IMG/VR virus record: IMGVR_UViG_3300043409_000680
Span: 1-64,000 of that record
Reading direction: 5' to 3' (one strand)
DNA length: 64,000 bases
From: a virus
Every line of letters starts with the position of its first letter. The first letter of the stretch is position 1. The translations under genes were made by a program, and so were the position numbers. The notes beneath the pieces are model-generated. The model was not told the DNA's origin. It saw nothing but the letters and a program-made list of their open reading frames with translations, and ran no database searches. Positions 9,781-19,900 of the stretch are shown here, piece by piece.

Positions 9781-10107
9781 ATGGCAACAGTATACAAAAT
9801 CCTGGGACAAAGTGCCCCGGCAGCTACTACAGAAACACTAGCATACACAGCAGGTAATCAGGCTGTACTATCTAGTATTACAATCTGTAATCAAGCAGCA
9901 ACATCTGCTACATTCCGTATTGCTGTTCGCCCAGCTGCAGACCTTACTACAACTCAGAAGCACTGGATTGTTTACGGATCTACAGTAGCAGCTAATGATT
10001 CTACTATCATTACTCCAGGCATTACCTTGGCGACAGGGGATAAGGTATTTGTTTACGCTTCAACTACAACAATGTCTTTCTCTGTATTCGGTACTGAACT
10101 CTCCTAA
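9781..10107 (+). CDS. Small virion/fibre-associated protein (paralog of 24008..24337)
   Basis: LGQSAPA...SITICNQ...SFSVFG.E. Confidence 0.65.
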   Translation: MATVYKILGQSAPAATTETLAYTAGNQAVLSSITICNQAATSATFRIAVRPAADLTTTQKHWIVYGSTVAANDSTIITPGITLATGDKVFVYASTTTMSFSVFGTELS

Positions 10108-10111
10108 ACTA

Positions 10112-10549
10112 ATGGAAATTAAGTACGTATCAGATCTGTATGTTAGTGACCAGCCTCCTTTAGGTGAGGTTCCTGACCCACCTAAACAAAAGCCATTTGC
10201 TGAGCGCATCGGCACTACTAGAGATGTACGTGTTTATTTCAACCCCTCAGTAACGGGTGGAGTAGCTACGTCGTACTTGGTAACTTCCTATAAGTTGCCA
10301 TACCTAATTCTTGATACTCCAACTGGAACCGGAGTATCCTCTCCAATTACTGTTACTGGTCTTCCTGATTTTGGGGTATATAAATTTAAGGTTCAAGGGG
10401 TAAATGCAAGTGGGGCTGGTCCAGTAAGTAGGCCTACTAACTCAATTGGATATGGTACAGATCAAGGCCAAGATGATCAAAATTCTGGAAACAATAAGGG
10501 TGCCGGTTCACGTGATGATCATAAGTACTACTGGCCACCGGAGGTGTAA
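10112..10549 (+). CDS. Fibronectin type III domain protein
   Basis: SSPITVTGL...YKFKVQGVNASG. Confidence 0.75.
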   Translation: MEIKYVSDLYVSDQPPLGEVPDPPKQKPFAERIGTTRDVRVYFNPSVTGGVATSYLVTSYKLPYLILDTPTGTGVSSPITVTGLPDFGVYKFKVQGVNASGAGPVSRPTNSIGYGTDQGQDDQNSGNNKGAGSRDDHKYYWPPEV

Positions 10550-10551
10550 TT

Positions 10552-10905
10552 GTGACCGCAATTAAGAGCATTTCACAAAGACAAGTAACACGGGCAAACA
10601 ATCAAGTTACTACTAAAATTGTTGATGTTACAGATATCCCAACTATTGGAACTGCAACAAAGTCAACCACTACCGCATCAGTTACCTTTACTCCAGCGGC
10701 TACAGGTGGCGCAGCTACTTCTTTTAAAGTAAGTGCGTTTACTGCTGGGGTTATTACCTCCCCTCTTCTGAGCCAAACAGGATCCACATCTCCAATTGTA
10801 GTAACAGGATTATCAATAGGAACAGCCTATACCTTTAAAGTACAAGCAATAAATACTAAGGGGACTAGCGGGTATAGCGCCCAATCAAACGCAATTACTC
10901 CATGA
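10552..10905 (+). CDS. Fibronectin type III domain protein
   Basis: PTIGTAT...SPIVVTGL..GTAYTFKVQAIN..G. Confidence 0.8.
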   Translation: MTAIKSISQRQVTRANNQVTTKIVDVTDIPTIGTATKSTTTASVTFTPAATGGAATSFKVSAFTAGVITSPLLSQTGSTSPIVVTGLSIGTAYTFKVQAINTKGTSGYSAQSNAITP

Positions 10906-11117
10906 CCGTACGTCCTTGGGACCTGTTTACTGCCTACAGGGCAGACTCAGATTCTATAGCGCATCGTATGAAAATTTGTCAAGAATGCGATAGATTTATC
11001 AAGTTAACCGCACAATGTAAAGAGTGTGGCTGCTTTATGAAAGGCAAGACTAAACTTGCCGAAGCCGAATGTCCCCTAGCTAAATGGGGCCCAGTAGAAG
11101 CAGTGGAAGAGGACTAG
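10902..11117 (+). CDS. Cys-rich Zn/Fe-S-binding small protein (DUF6171-like)
   Basis: R..ICQEC...QCKECGCFM..K......CPL.KW. Confidence 0.7.
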   Translation: MTVRPWDLFTAYRADSDSIAHRMKICQECDRFIKLTAQCKECGCFMKGKTKLAEAECPLAKWGPVEAVEED

Positions 11118-11843
11118 ATGCGTGGAGAACGTGTAGACGGGCGCTTTAGTATTGATAGCGAACGCAAATCTATTATCTCTGGAACTAGCAAAGAACTTGT
11201 TCGACTTGTAGGCAGCCAATTAGAGTGGTGGTTCTTTGACCATGAAAATACAGTTGTAGATGGAATTTACGATGTAGGCTATGATGGTGCTGGCGGGGGA
11301 CGTAAATGGTCTGGGCCTATTATAATACCTGTAGTAACTGCCAACTTAGATCAAGGCGTTACTGTTCAAAATGACCGTGGTTTTTATAACACTGACGTAC
11401 TGACAATTACTATTAACATGGACATTATTGATAGCGGGCGCAATAAAACAAAAATGGGCATTGTTGGAAGTAATGCCGCTACTATCCCACAGCTATCTAA
11501 AATTCAAACTAACCCGGACCACTACCTGACAGACAGGGTGGTCTTTCGTAATGAAGTTTTTACCCCTATTCAAATTTTTCCAGAGGGAATCATTACAGAT
11601 CAGTACACCCTTATAACTATTAGGTGTGCTCAAGTTAACTCTGAAGAGCTAGTCAATGATTCTCAGTTTCAGGTGTATGCTAACTACCTACCGCTTCAGT
11701 CTATTACCCCCAGTCTTCAGACAGTTCAAGCAGTACAAGCAGTTCAAGCAACCCAAGGGGTTCAGGGCGTACAGGGAGTTCAAGGAACTAACCCAGTACA
11801 AGATGTCCTCCAAGGCCTAGTAGATCCATGGAACATATACTAA
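11118..11843 (+). CDS. Putative neck / head-closure protein
   Basis: Position before tail completion genes; beta-rich DRVVFRNEVF; collagen-like C-terminal tail. Confidence 0.45.
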   Translation: MRGERVDGRFSIDSERKSIISGTSKELVRLVGSQLEWWFFDHENTVVDGIYDVGYDGAGGGRKWSGPIIIPVVTANLDQGVTVQNDRGFYNTDVLTITINMDIIDSGRNKTKMGIVGSNAATIPQLSKIQTNPDHYLTDRVVFRNEVFTPIQIFPEGIITDQYTLITIRCAQVNSEELVNDSQFQVYANYLPLQSITPSLQTVQAVQAVQATQGVQGVQGVQGTNPVQDVLQGLVDPWNIY

Positions 11844-12046
11844 TGGCAAAGATAAAGGTTGACGGGGAAATCCACGTCATTAAGAAAAACACGTCTGGCG
11901 AAGTCATTGTTGATCACGCAGGCAATAAAGGTAAATATGATAAGATTAACCTAACCAAAAAGGCCGGGGCTAAGACCATTAAAGCTGGTGAAAAGGCAAC
12001 TCGGACTTGGCATAAAAACAACCCAACTAAGAAGAAAGGCAAGTAA
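11843..12046 (+). CDS. Small basic protein
   Basis: TAATG overlap; Lys-rich. Confidence 0.7.
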   Translation: MAKIKVDGEIHVIKKNTSGEVIVDHAGNKGKYDKINLTKKAGAKTIKAGEKATRTWHKNNPTKKKGK

Positions 12047-12047
12047 T

Positions 12048-12173
12048 ATGTGCGCTGTATGCGGATGTGGTAAGAAAAAAGGCGAACCAGGATTTGGTAA
12101 GGGCCCAAAGACAAAGTCAAAGAAGGCTTGTACTTGCGGTACTTGTAAGGCTTGTAAGGCAAAGAAAAAGTAA
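12048..12173 (+). CDS. Cys/Lys-rich metallothionein-like microprotein (41 aa)
   Basis: MCAVCGCGKKKG...ACTCGTCKACKAKKK. Confidence 0.7.
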   Translation: MCAVCGCGKKKGEPGFGKGPKTKSKKACTCGTCKACKAKKK

Positions 12174-12316
12174 TGTGCGCCACCTGTGGCTGCATGAAGC
12201 CCAAGGATAAGCACGGCATGAAGACCCTAGATGCTGCTAATAAAAAGTACGCTAAAAAGTCTGACTCAAAGGGTAAGGCTAAGAAGCCAACAATGGTTAA
12301 GAAGAAAGGTATGTAA
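12173..12316 (+). CDS. Cys/Lys-rich microprotein (47 aa), paralog of the previous gene
   Basis: MCATCGCMKPKDKHG...; TAATG overlaps at both ends. Confidence 0.7.
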   Translation: MCATCGCMKPKDKHGMKTLDAANKKYAKKSDSKGKAKKPTMVKKKGM

Positions 12317-12507
12317 TGGCCAAGTCTGATAAAGAACAAGATAAAGAGACAATGTCAAAGCTTAGTCCTAAGGGCAAGGCTCGCTTCAAAAAAGAAGACA
12401 AAAAAATGGACAAGAAGAACCCCCCTAAGGGCAAGGATAAAAAGATAGATGAAGCCTTAGCAGACAAGATTGCTAAGGATGAGAAAAAAGGTAAGAAAAA
12501 GAAGTAA
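12316..12507 (+). CDS. Lys-rich small protein
   Basis: ORF track; K/D/E-rich. Confidence 0.7.
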   Translation: MAKSDKEQDKETMSKLSPKGKARFKKEDKKMDKKNPPKGKDKKIDEALADKIAKDEKKGKKKK

Positions 12508-12513
12508 CGACTT

Positions 12514-12540
12514 AGCCCCCGTAAGGGGGCTTTTTCGTTT
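12514..12540 (+). terminator. Rho-independent terminator
   Basis: agccccc-gtaa-gggggct followed by a T run. Confidence 0.85.
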
Positions 12541-12613
12541 ATGATTACCTTGACGCCAGAGCAATCTGGAACCCTGAAGCTTTACCTACACACCTTCCTA
12601 TGGAGGACTTGCT

Positions 12614-12775
12614 ATGAACCTTTTTATTGATCGTTTATTGCGTGCTGAAACTAGCGCTGACAAAGAAGAGTTTGTCCGTGGTGTTGCAGGTCTAGACAAA
12701 AACCCAAGCACTAAAAGAATTCTTATTGGTATTCTTGCTGGGACATTGCTAGCAGCCGCAAGGCGAAATAAATGA
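12614..12775 (+). CDS. Small hypothetical protein with hydrophobic C-terminus (53 aa)
   Basis: GGAGG RBS; ATGA overlap with next gene. Confidence 0.65.
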   Translation: MNLFIDRLLRAETSADKEEFVRGVAGLDKNPSTKRILIGILAGTLLAAARRNK

Positions 12776-13056
12776 CTCTTGGATTTCTTAGCAAACTAAT
12801 TGGTGGAGAGTATGTAAGGGCTTCTTTAACTGAAGAACGCATTCATACACACAATATTCGTCTTGCTGCCCGTAGAGCAGGATGGCCTTCAGAAGCCGTA
12901 AACGGGCTTTCTATAAAAGTAGAAGACGGTAAGTACCACCCACATATTGATCCTACTGTTAAACCTCTGGTGGATAGTATTACCTATGGAAACAGTTCTA
13001 CCCAATCTTCTCATGTAATTTTAGCCTTCATGCGTACCTTAGGGCCGGTGGCATAA
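12772..13056 (+). CDS. Hypothetical (possible tail completion) protein
   Basis: ORF track; position. Confidence 0.5.
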   Translation: MTLGFLSKLIGGEYVRASLTEERIHTHNIRLAARRAGWPSEAVNGLSIKVEDGKYHPHIDPTVKPLVDSITYGNSSTQSSHVILAFMRTLGPVA

Positions 13057-13655
13057 TGCCATTTATTTTAAATGAAGATAAGGCTCTTAAAGAACTTATA
13101 TCAAATATCACAGTCTCAGACTCTGGGAACCCAACCCGTCCCGTAGGTGTCTGGTTTGGTCAGCCTGACCCACAAATTCGGCAACAGAGTTATCCATATA
13201 TTACGATAGACTTAGTTGGTGTATCAGAGGCTAAAGAACGTGTTCATACAGGATTTGGCCCATTGAGCTACACCCCTGAGGGAGTAGATCCTGATCTTGA
13301 TTTTGAAACTAATAAGCCAATAGCTATTAATCTTGACTATCAAGTCACTACGTACTCACGACAACCACGTCATGATAGACAACTTATGGCTACATTGCTT
13401 GGCGCAGATCGCCTACCGTTTAGATTTGGTGTTCTAGTTATCCCTGAAGACAATACTGTCCGCAGATTAGATATGCTAGGATTCTCAAAAAGGGATACTA
13501 CTGAAGGAGACAAGCGTCTTTTTAGTAATGTCTTTATGTTACAGATTAGCTCGGAAATTCTCCGTGATGATCTGGTAGAAGTACACAAAGTGCTATATCC
13601 TCCTACAATTTCGTACACAGTACAAGATACTGACTTCACTATACAAGAACTATAA
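13056..13655 (+). CDS. Tail terminator / sheath-completion protein (Pvc16-like)
   Basis: YPYITIDL, LDYQVTTYSR..HD; lies immediately before the sheath gene. Confidence 0.6.
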   Translation: MPFILNEDKALKELISNITVSDSGNPTRPVGVWFGQPDPQIRQQSYPYITIDLVGVSEAKERVHTGFGPLSYTPEGVDPDLDFETNKPIAINLDYQVTTYSRQPRHDRQLMATLLGADRLPFRFGVLVIPEDNTVRRLDMLGFSKRDTTEGDKRLFSNVFMLQISSEILRDDLVEVHKVLYPPTISYTVQDTDFTIQEL

Positions 13656-13704
13656 CATTCGGCCCCAACACAAACACACCCACTTAATTAAGGAGTAATA
13701 CCGT

Positions 13705-15276
13705 ATGGCTACATATAGTAGACCCGGTGTCTATATTCAAGAAATTGAATTGCCACAGACAGTTGCCCTTGCCAATAATGGCACAGCAATTGGAGCCTTC
13801 GTAGGCCCACTTGCAAAAGGACTAACATCTGTTCCAATCCTATTGACATCTTGGACACAGTTCACCAAAACTTTTGGCTCACTAGAAGATGCATACCCAA
13901 CAACTTGGGCTGCTTATAACTTCTTCGCTAATGGCGGACGCCAATTATACGTGAAGCGCATTACAGGCTCAGGCGCCCTTGCAGCTTCTACACGCCTAGT
14001 AGACAAATCAAATGATGCTCTTGACACACTTGATGTCTTTGCTGCTAATGCTGGATCATGGGGAAATGACCTCGGAATCCAAATTAAAGCAGCTGGATCA
14101 ACAGATCGTTTTACACTTGTTGTATACGGTTCCCCAACAAATAGCAATGTAGCAACATCAAATGCTTTAGAACAGTTTACTGATCTAAGCATGGACATTA
14201 CAGACCCACGTTACGCTATTTCAATGATCAACACTTCTTCTGCCTATATTCGAGTCGTAGACTTGGAATCAGGCTCAACAGGTGATGAAAAAAATCCTGA
14301 TGTTACTTCAGCAACTGTACCAGTTGCATTGTCAAGTGGCGCAGATGGAGCAGCTCCAGTTCGTGCTGATTATTCAAACGCTCTTGCTACATTTGATCCA
14401 ATTGACAATCCACTAGTATTTAACATTCCAAATGCTGCATACTTTTATACAACTTCCGGTTCAGGAACTGAGCGCACACTTGCTGTAAACGTACAGGGAG
14501 ATGCAGTCAACTACTCAGAACTTCGTGGAGATTGCTTTGTAGTAGTAGACATTCCTGCTGGTCTTTCATCTACGGATGCACAGACATTTGCAACAGATGT
14601 AGTTTCTGCTGCACCTGACTCAGACGGTGGTTGCGCTGCTGCGTACTACCCATGGTTAAACGTTCCAGACACTCTTCGTGCTGCTCGTGGCGCAGTTCGT
14701 TCACAGGCACCGGGTGCTGCAATGGTTGGTCAGTATCTTGCTACAGACGCTTCTCGTGGCGTATTCAAGACACCAGCTGGCTACAACAACCGTGTAGCCC
14801 TTGCAGTCTCTACTGAATTCCAGTTTACAAATACTCAATTAGATGCATTGAACGTTAGTGCACATCCAGTAAACGTAATCCGTCAAGTTCCAGGTAATGG
14901 AATTGTTGTAATGGGTGGTCGTACTCTTAACAACACAACTGGAGACCGCTACATTAACGTTCGTCGTTCTATCATGTACCTTAAGAAAGAACTTACAGAC
15001 CGCAGTGCTTTTGCAGTATTTGAAAATAATGATGAGCGTCTATGGTCTTCTCTTCGTACGGTATTGGGTACGTTCTTACGTACTTATTGGCAAGCTGGTG
15101 GTCTTCGTGGAGCGACTACTAATCAAGCATTCTTTATACGTTGCGACGAGACTACAACAACAGAAGCTGATATCTTGAATGGTTTAGTCAACATTGAAGT
15201 TGGCGTAGCTTTAGAGTATCCAGCAGAGTTTGTGGTTATCAAACTCGGACAAATCACAGGAAACGCTTCGGCGTAA
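13705..15276 (+). CDS. Tail sheath protein
   Basis: PGVYIQE, YYPW, RGVFKTPAG, GGRTL, YINVRR, FENND, PAEFVVI. Confidence 0.95.
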   Translation: MATYSRPGVYIQEIELPQTVALANNGTAIGAFVGPLAKGLTSVPILLTSWTQFTKTFGSLEDAYPTTWAAYNFFANGGRQLYVKRITGSGALAASTRLVDKSNDALDTLDVFAANAGSWGNDLGIQIKAAGSTDRFTLVVYGSPTNSNVATSNALEQFTDLSMDITDPRYAISMINTSSAYIRVVDLESGSTGDEKNPDVTSATVPVALSSGADGAAPVRADYSNALATFDPIDNPLVFNIPNAAYFYTTSGSGTERTLAVNVQGDAVNYSELRGDCFVVVDIPAGLSSTDAQTFATDVVSAAPDSDGGCAAAYYPWLNVPDTLRAARGAVRSQAPGAAMVGQYLATDASRGVFKTPAGYNNRVALAVSTEFQFTNTQLDALNVSAHPVNVIRQVPGNGIVVMGGRTLNNTTGDRYINVRRSIMYLKKELTDRSAFAVFENNDERLWSSLRTVLGTFLRTYWQAGGLRGATTNQAFFIRCDETTTTEADILNGLVNIEVGVALEYPAEFVVIKLGQITGNASA

Positions 15277-15290
15277 GGAGATAGAGACAA

Positions 15291-15926
15291 ATGACAATAC
15301 CAAATATTAATCCGTTATCACACATTGAAACAGATCCAATTCGTAACTTTAAGTTTCTAGTAAAGTTTACTCCACTTGACGGCGACGGCGGAGATACAAA
15401 GTGGGGAGCACAATTTGGAAAGCTTGGTTTCGTATCAGTAAGCGGCCTTAGTGTAACAACTGAGTCTATTGCTTACCGTGAAGGCGGATACAACACGAAT
15501 CTACACCAGATTCCTGGACAAACTTCTTTCACACCAATTACCCTTTCTAAGGGAGTTATGATCGGTAGCGGAAGCGATGTCCACGCTAACTGGATGAAGC
15601 GTCTGTTTACTATCATGACATCAACCTCTGCAGCAGGAGCTGTTGGTAATGACTTCCGTTGCCACGTAGACATTCAAGTGCTAAGCCACCCAAACCCAGC
15701 AGGATACAGCGGAAAAGGTGGAGCAGCGGTTGCTACTGCAGATCTGCAACATACATCTATGCGTTTTAAGGTCTATAATGCATGGATTACAAACTTAACA
15801 TACAGCAATCTTGATGCCGGAGCAAACTCACTCATGGTTGAAGAGATGACTCTAATGCATGAAGGTTTTGATGTAAGTTTTGCTGCAGACTTAAAAACTA
15901 CAGCAGCAACTCCTTCCGAATACTAA
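15291..15926 (+). CDS. Tail tube protein (T4 gp19 / CIS tube family)
   Basis: DPIRNFKF, YREGG, PITLSKG, YNAW, E..L.HEG. Confidence 0.9.
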   Translation: MTIPNINPLSHIETDPIRNFKFLVKFTPLDGDGGDTKWGAQFGKLGFVSVSGLSVTTESIAYREGGYNTNLHQIPGQTSFTPITLSKGVMIGSGSDVHANWMKRLFTIMTSTSAAGAVGNDFRCHVDIQVLSHPNPAGYSGKGGAAVATADLQHTSMRFKVYNAWITNLTYSNLDAGANSLMVEEMTLMHEGFDVSFAADLKTTAATPSEY

Positions 15927-15938
15927 AACTAAACAAAG

Positions 15939-16772
15939 GTGAATAATATGGATACAGAAACAAAAGTAGACGCACAATCTAACCCTGCCTTACTTAATAA
16001 GTTAGCGGCAGAAGCTATGGCACCATCTCAGGCGGAGGTAACAGCCACTAAACCAGTGGCTGTTATCACCCCTCCTGATTTAACAGTTGAACTTCCAGGT
16101 GGGTTGTATGACCCATTTGACGGGGTAACAAAAACTGCAGAAATCCGTGAATTAAACGGAGCTGACGAAGAAGCTATTGCTCGTATTACAGACGCTGGTA
16201 AAGCCTTGCTTACAGTGCTAGAAAGAGCAACAGTTAAAATTGGTGAAAAACCTGTAAATAAAGAGTCTTTAGATACTTTGTTAGCTGGTGATAGAGAAAT
16301 GCTATTACTTGCTATTAGAAAAGCAACTTTTGGTTCTACTGTTGAAGTAGGTCCGGGATTTTGCCCATCATGCGATGCAGAGCAGACCTTTAAAATTGAC
16401 CTAACTGAAGATGTTACAGTAAAGACACTTAATGAAGAAGATCGTGAATTTACTATGAACTGTAAAGTTGGGAAAGTTATAGTCTCTTTACCTAATGGGT
16501 ATGTACAAAAAAGTATTGTGACTGCAACAAATAAGAACTCTGCTGAACTTGATACTTTATTATTAAAAGGATGCGTTCTTTCAATCAATGATGGTCCTAT
16601 AGTCACTATAGATCATATTAAAAAACTAAGTCTTACAGATCGTAGAGATATTATTACAGAGATTACAAATCGTAACCCAGGACCACAATTAAGTGACATT
16701 AAAAAACCATGTATTTCCTGCGGCCTGGAGGTACCGCTTCCGCTAACTTTAGCGGATCTATTTCGAGAGTAG
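15939..16772 (+). CDS. Tail assembly chaperone / T4 gp26-like baseplate hub assembly protein
   Basis: RELNGADEE, DR..LL..IR..TFG, two CxxC motifs; between tube and tape measure. Confidence 0.75.
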   Translation: MNNMDTETKVDAQSNPALLNKLAAEAMAPSQAEVTATKPVAVITPPDLTVELPGGLYDPFDGVTKTAEIRELNGADEEAIARITDAGKALLTVLERATVKIGEKPVNKESLDTLLAGDREMLLLAIRKATFGSTVEVGPGFCPSCDAEQTFKIDLTEDVTVKTLNEEDREFTMNCKVGKVIVSLPNGYVQKSIVTATNKNSAELDTLLLKGCVLSINDGPIVTIDHIKKLSLTDRRDIITEITNRNPGPQLSDIKKPCISCGLEVPLPLTLADLFRE

Positions 16773-16914
16773 TATAGACTATCAAGAATTGATAGAAATA
16801 TACTCTATTCTTACGCAGTTTTATAGTGGTTGGTCTCTTACAGAGATCAAAAGTCTTTCTAACAGAGAAAGGTTTATGTGGCTAGAGATGGCTTTAAATA
16901 GACCTAGAAGATAA
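16762..16914 (+). CDS. Tail chaperone C-terminal segment (gpT / DUF6760-like), probably reached by frameshift
   Basis: +1 frame is open 16753-16914: ...YSILTQFYSGWSLTEIKSLSNRERFMWL; no clear RBS. Confidence 0.65.
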   Translation, partial: FESSIDYQELIEIYSILTQFYSGWSLTEIKSLSNRERFMWLEMALNRPRR

Positions 16915-16933
16915 TAATAGGTGGTGAGTTCTA

Positions 16934-19900
16934 ATGGATAACACAGGTAGTAGTCCTTCTGCTGCAGGTAATATGATTACCGCTAGTGACGCTGGGTCAC
17001 TTGGCTTTGCAGTCGTGGATAAGTCAATTACATCTATGAATAAGGGTATTTTTGCCACCCTTAAAAACTCACAACTTATTGAAAAAACATGGAAAAGTAT
17101 CCATAAGTTTGCTTCCATGTCCGCTAGAATATTTGGGATAACAGGTAGGGGCGGTGGCGCTAGTAGTCTAGGTATGGGCGCAATGCCTAATACTGGACCA
17201 CTATCTGGTCAACAAAAACTAGGACTTGCTGCGGGTATTGGAACAACTGCCGCAGTGGCTGCACCAGCTTTGTTTATGGGCTTAATGCCAAATACAATGG
17301 CAGCTGTTACACAGCGCATGGCGGCAGAAACTACTGCTGGTGTAAGCGGTATGGCTCCTCGTCAAATGATCCTTGGTGCAAATAAAATCATTGCACGAGG
17401 TAATGGAGCCACTAGTGCGTATAGCCCTACAATGGCTGCTTCTGCAATGCTCTATCAAGGCGGTGTTGCTTTTGGCTCAAAAGGCTCTAAAAATATCTTT
17501 GGTGCTCTTTCAGGTCTTAGTGCGCTTACCGGCGGTACTAATGAACAAATAGCTGGAGGATACGCTAGTTGGAATAGCAATAATATGTTTAGCCTTGGTA
17601 TTCGTACTCGTGATTCAAAAGGCGAACAGCGTAAACCCCACGAAATTATAAATGAACTTTGGAGGGTTATGTATGGGGGCAAAAAGGTAACTAAAGAGCA
17701 AGTAGCTATAGTGTTTACCCCCGGATCTCCAAGCAATCTTACTGTAATGAATGCCGCTAATGGCAGCCCAGAAATGTTTAGCGTTCTTGCTAATGGTCTT
17801 TTAGCTAAAGCAACAACTAGCGGTGAAGTTAGAAACTTAACTGCAAAATCATTAGCTAGCTCAGGTGCTGCATTAGACCTTGCAGGGGTACCTAAAAACT
17901 CTATATTTAGAGCTAACTTTAGAAACAATACTGCACAAAATAAAGCATTAGGGGCAACTGAAAAAGGGCTTTCAGAAGGGTACATGAGTGCAGTAAATCT
18001 TAATGCGTCTGCAACTCAAAACATGGCCGGCTTTGCTCAGGAAATCCAAGGTGCCACTGATGCTCTCATGAAGTTTAAGGGATTTTTACAGACAATGCCA
18101 TCAACTGGTGGCGTTGGCGGCGGTATAGCTAGCGCAGTACAAACAGCTGGAAGTTTTGCTTTACAAATGGCAGTTATGAAAAAAATGATGGGCGGAGGAC
18201 CGTTATTTGTAGGCCCTAAAGGCGGTGGAGGCGCTAAACCTAGCGGACTCCTAGGACCTAACGGAATGCCTTTAGCTGCAGCGACAACAACAGCTGCTGG
18301 TCCTGGATTTATGAGTTTTTTAACTAGAGGAGGTAAGCTTACTCCAACAGGAGTTTTAGGTGCAGGCTCAGTTGCATCAAAAGTTGGTAGAGCTGGACTT
18401 GCTCTTGGAGTCTATGCGGGAGGAGAATTTTTACAAAAATGGTTAAATAAAAAAGGAAAAAATTTACCTGGTTGGGCAAAATGGGCAGGTAACTTTGCGT
18501 ATGATCTTGGTCAAGGTGCTTTAACTGGGCTAGCAGCTGGAGGATTACCTGGAGCCATTGCTGGAACTGCTGCTGGTGGTATTGGAAACCTTGCTACTGG
18601 AACAGGTATGGGTGGAGATAATCCTTCTGCTGGTAGCTCTAGTGGTGGAAAAACTAGTGGTTTAACTTTACAGCCGCCTGTTAAAGGACCTATTTCATCT
18701 GATTTTGGACCAAGACAAGCAGCACATGATAAGAATCCAGAAGTTAGTGCAAAACATAGCGGAATTGATTATGCTGTACCGGTAGGAACATCAGTTGCAG
18801 CTGCTGGTGATGGAATAGTTACTGAAACTGGTCTTCACAGACAATATGGAAACTATGTGATTATCAAACACGGTAGAAAATCTACTCTATACGCCCACCT
18901 AAGTAAGATTATGGTTGGAACAGGTAAAAGAGTAAAGGGTGGAGAGACAATTGCTTTATCCGGTGGTAGAAAAGGATCTTCGGGTGCTGGTAGTTCTACT
19001 GGTCCACACGTTCACTTTGAAGTAAGAAACAATGGTGGTGTTGCTGCCCAAGGTCGTGAAAATCCTCATGGATTTTTTGGTCAACTAGTTAGCAGCCTTA
19101 AATCAGCAGGCACAACCGGACTCAATATGATTAAAAAAGCAGTTAATACCGTTACTGGAAAGGATATCTTTTCATATAGTAATACTGCTTCTAACGAAAA
19201 TCCTTTTGATTTTAGTCGTACCAGCGATGTCATTGGTATAAATAATACTAGTATTGCTAGTGCAATGAAGTACGCTTACCGTTCAGGTGCACCAATTTCA
19301 TTTGCAGATATTCAAGGTTCTACTGAAGGCGGAGGTGCTGGGTCGTATAGCTTTAATGCTAAGATACCTGGTAAAAACGGAGAATTTATTAATACTAACG
19401 TAAATGCTAATGTTGACCCAGGTATCAATAAAGTTAGCGGAGATAAGGGCGGTATGGGAGGAGGCAGTAGAGCAGGTTTAATTAGGCTTCTTTACAACGC
19501 AGGCTTTAAAGGAAAAGCCTTAGAGACAGCTTTTGCTGTAGCTTTGGCAGAATCCGGTGGGCGAACTCATGCACATAATGGAGTAGCACCTGATGATTCT
19601 TACGGCATGTTCCAAATCAATATGATCGGTGATTTAAAGGGCGCCCGCCTATCTAAAAAATGGCGTAGTGCTGATGGCTCTAAGTTTAAATTATCCAACG
19701 TGGAAGATCTATATGATCCTATGCTGAATGCTAAAGTGGCCTATCATATGACTAAGCACGGTACTAATTGGTCTAGATGGTCTACGTACACTGGTGGAAA
19801 GTTTGTTGAGTTTCTAGATGATGCTCGTACAGCAGCCATAAAAGCAAAAATTCCATCATATGATGTGGGAACTAAAAGAGTCCCTAAAGATCAAATTGCT

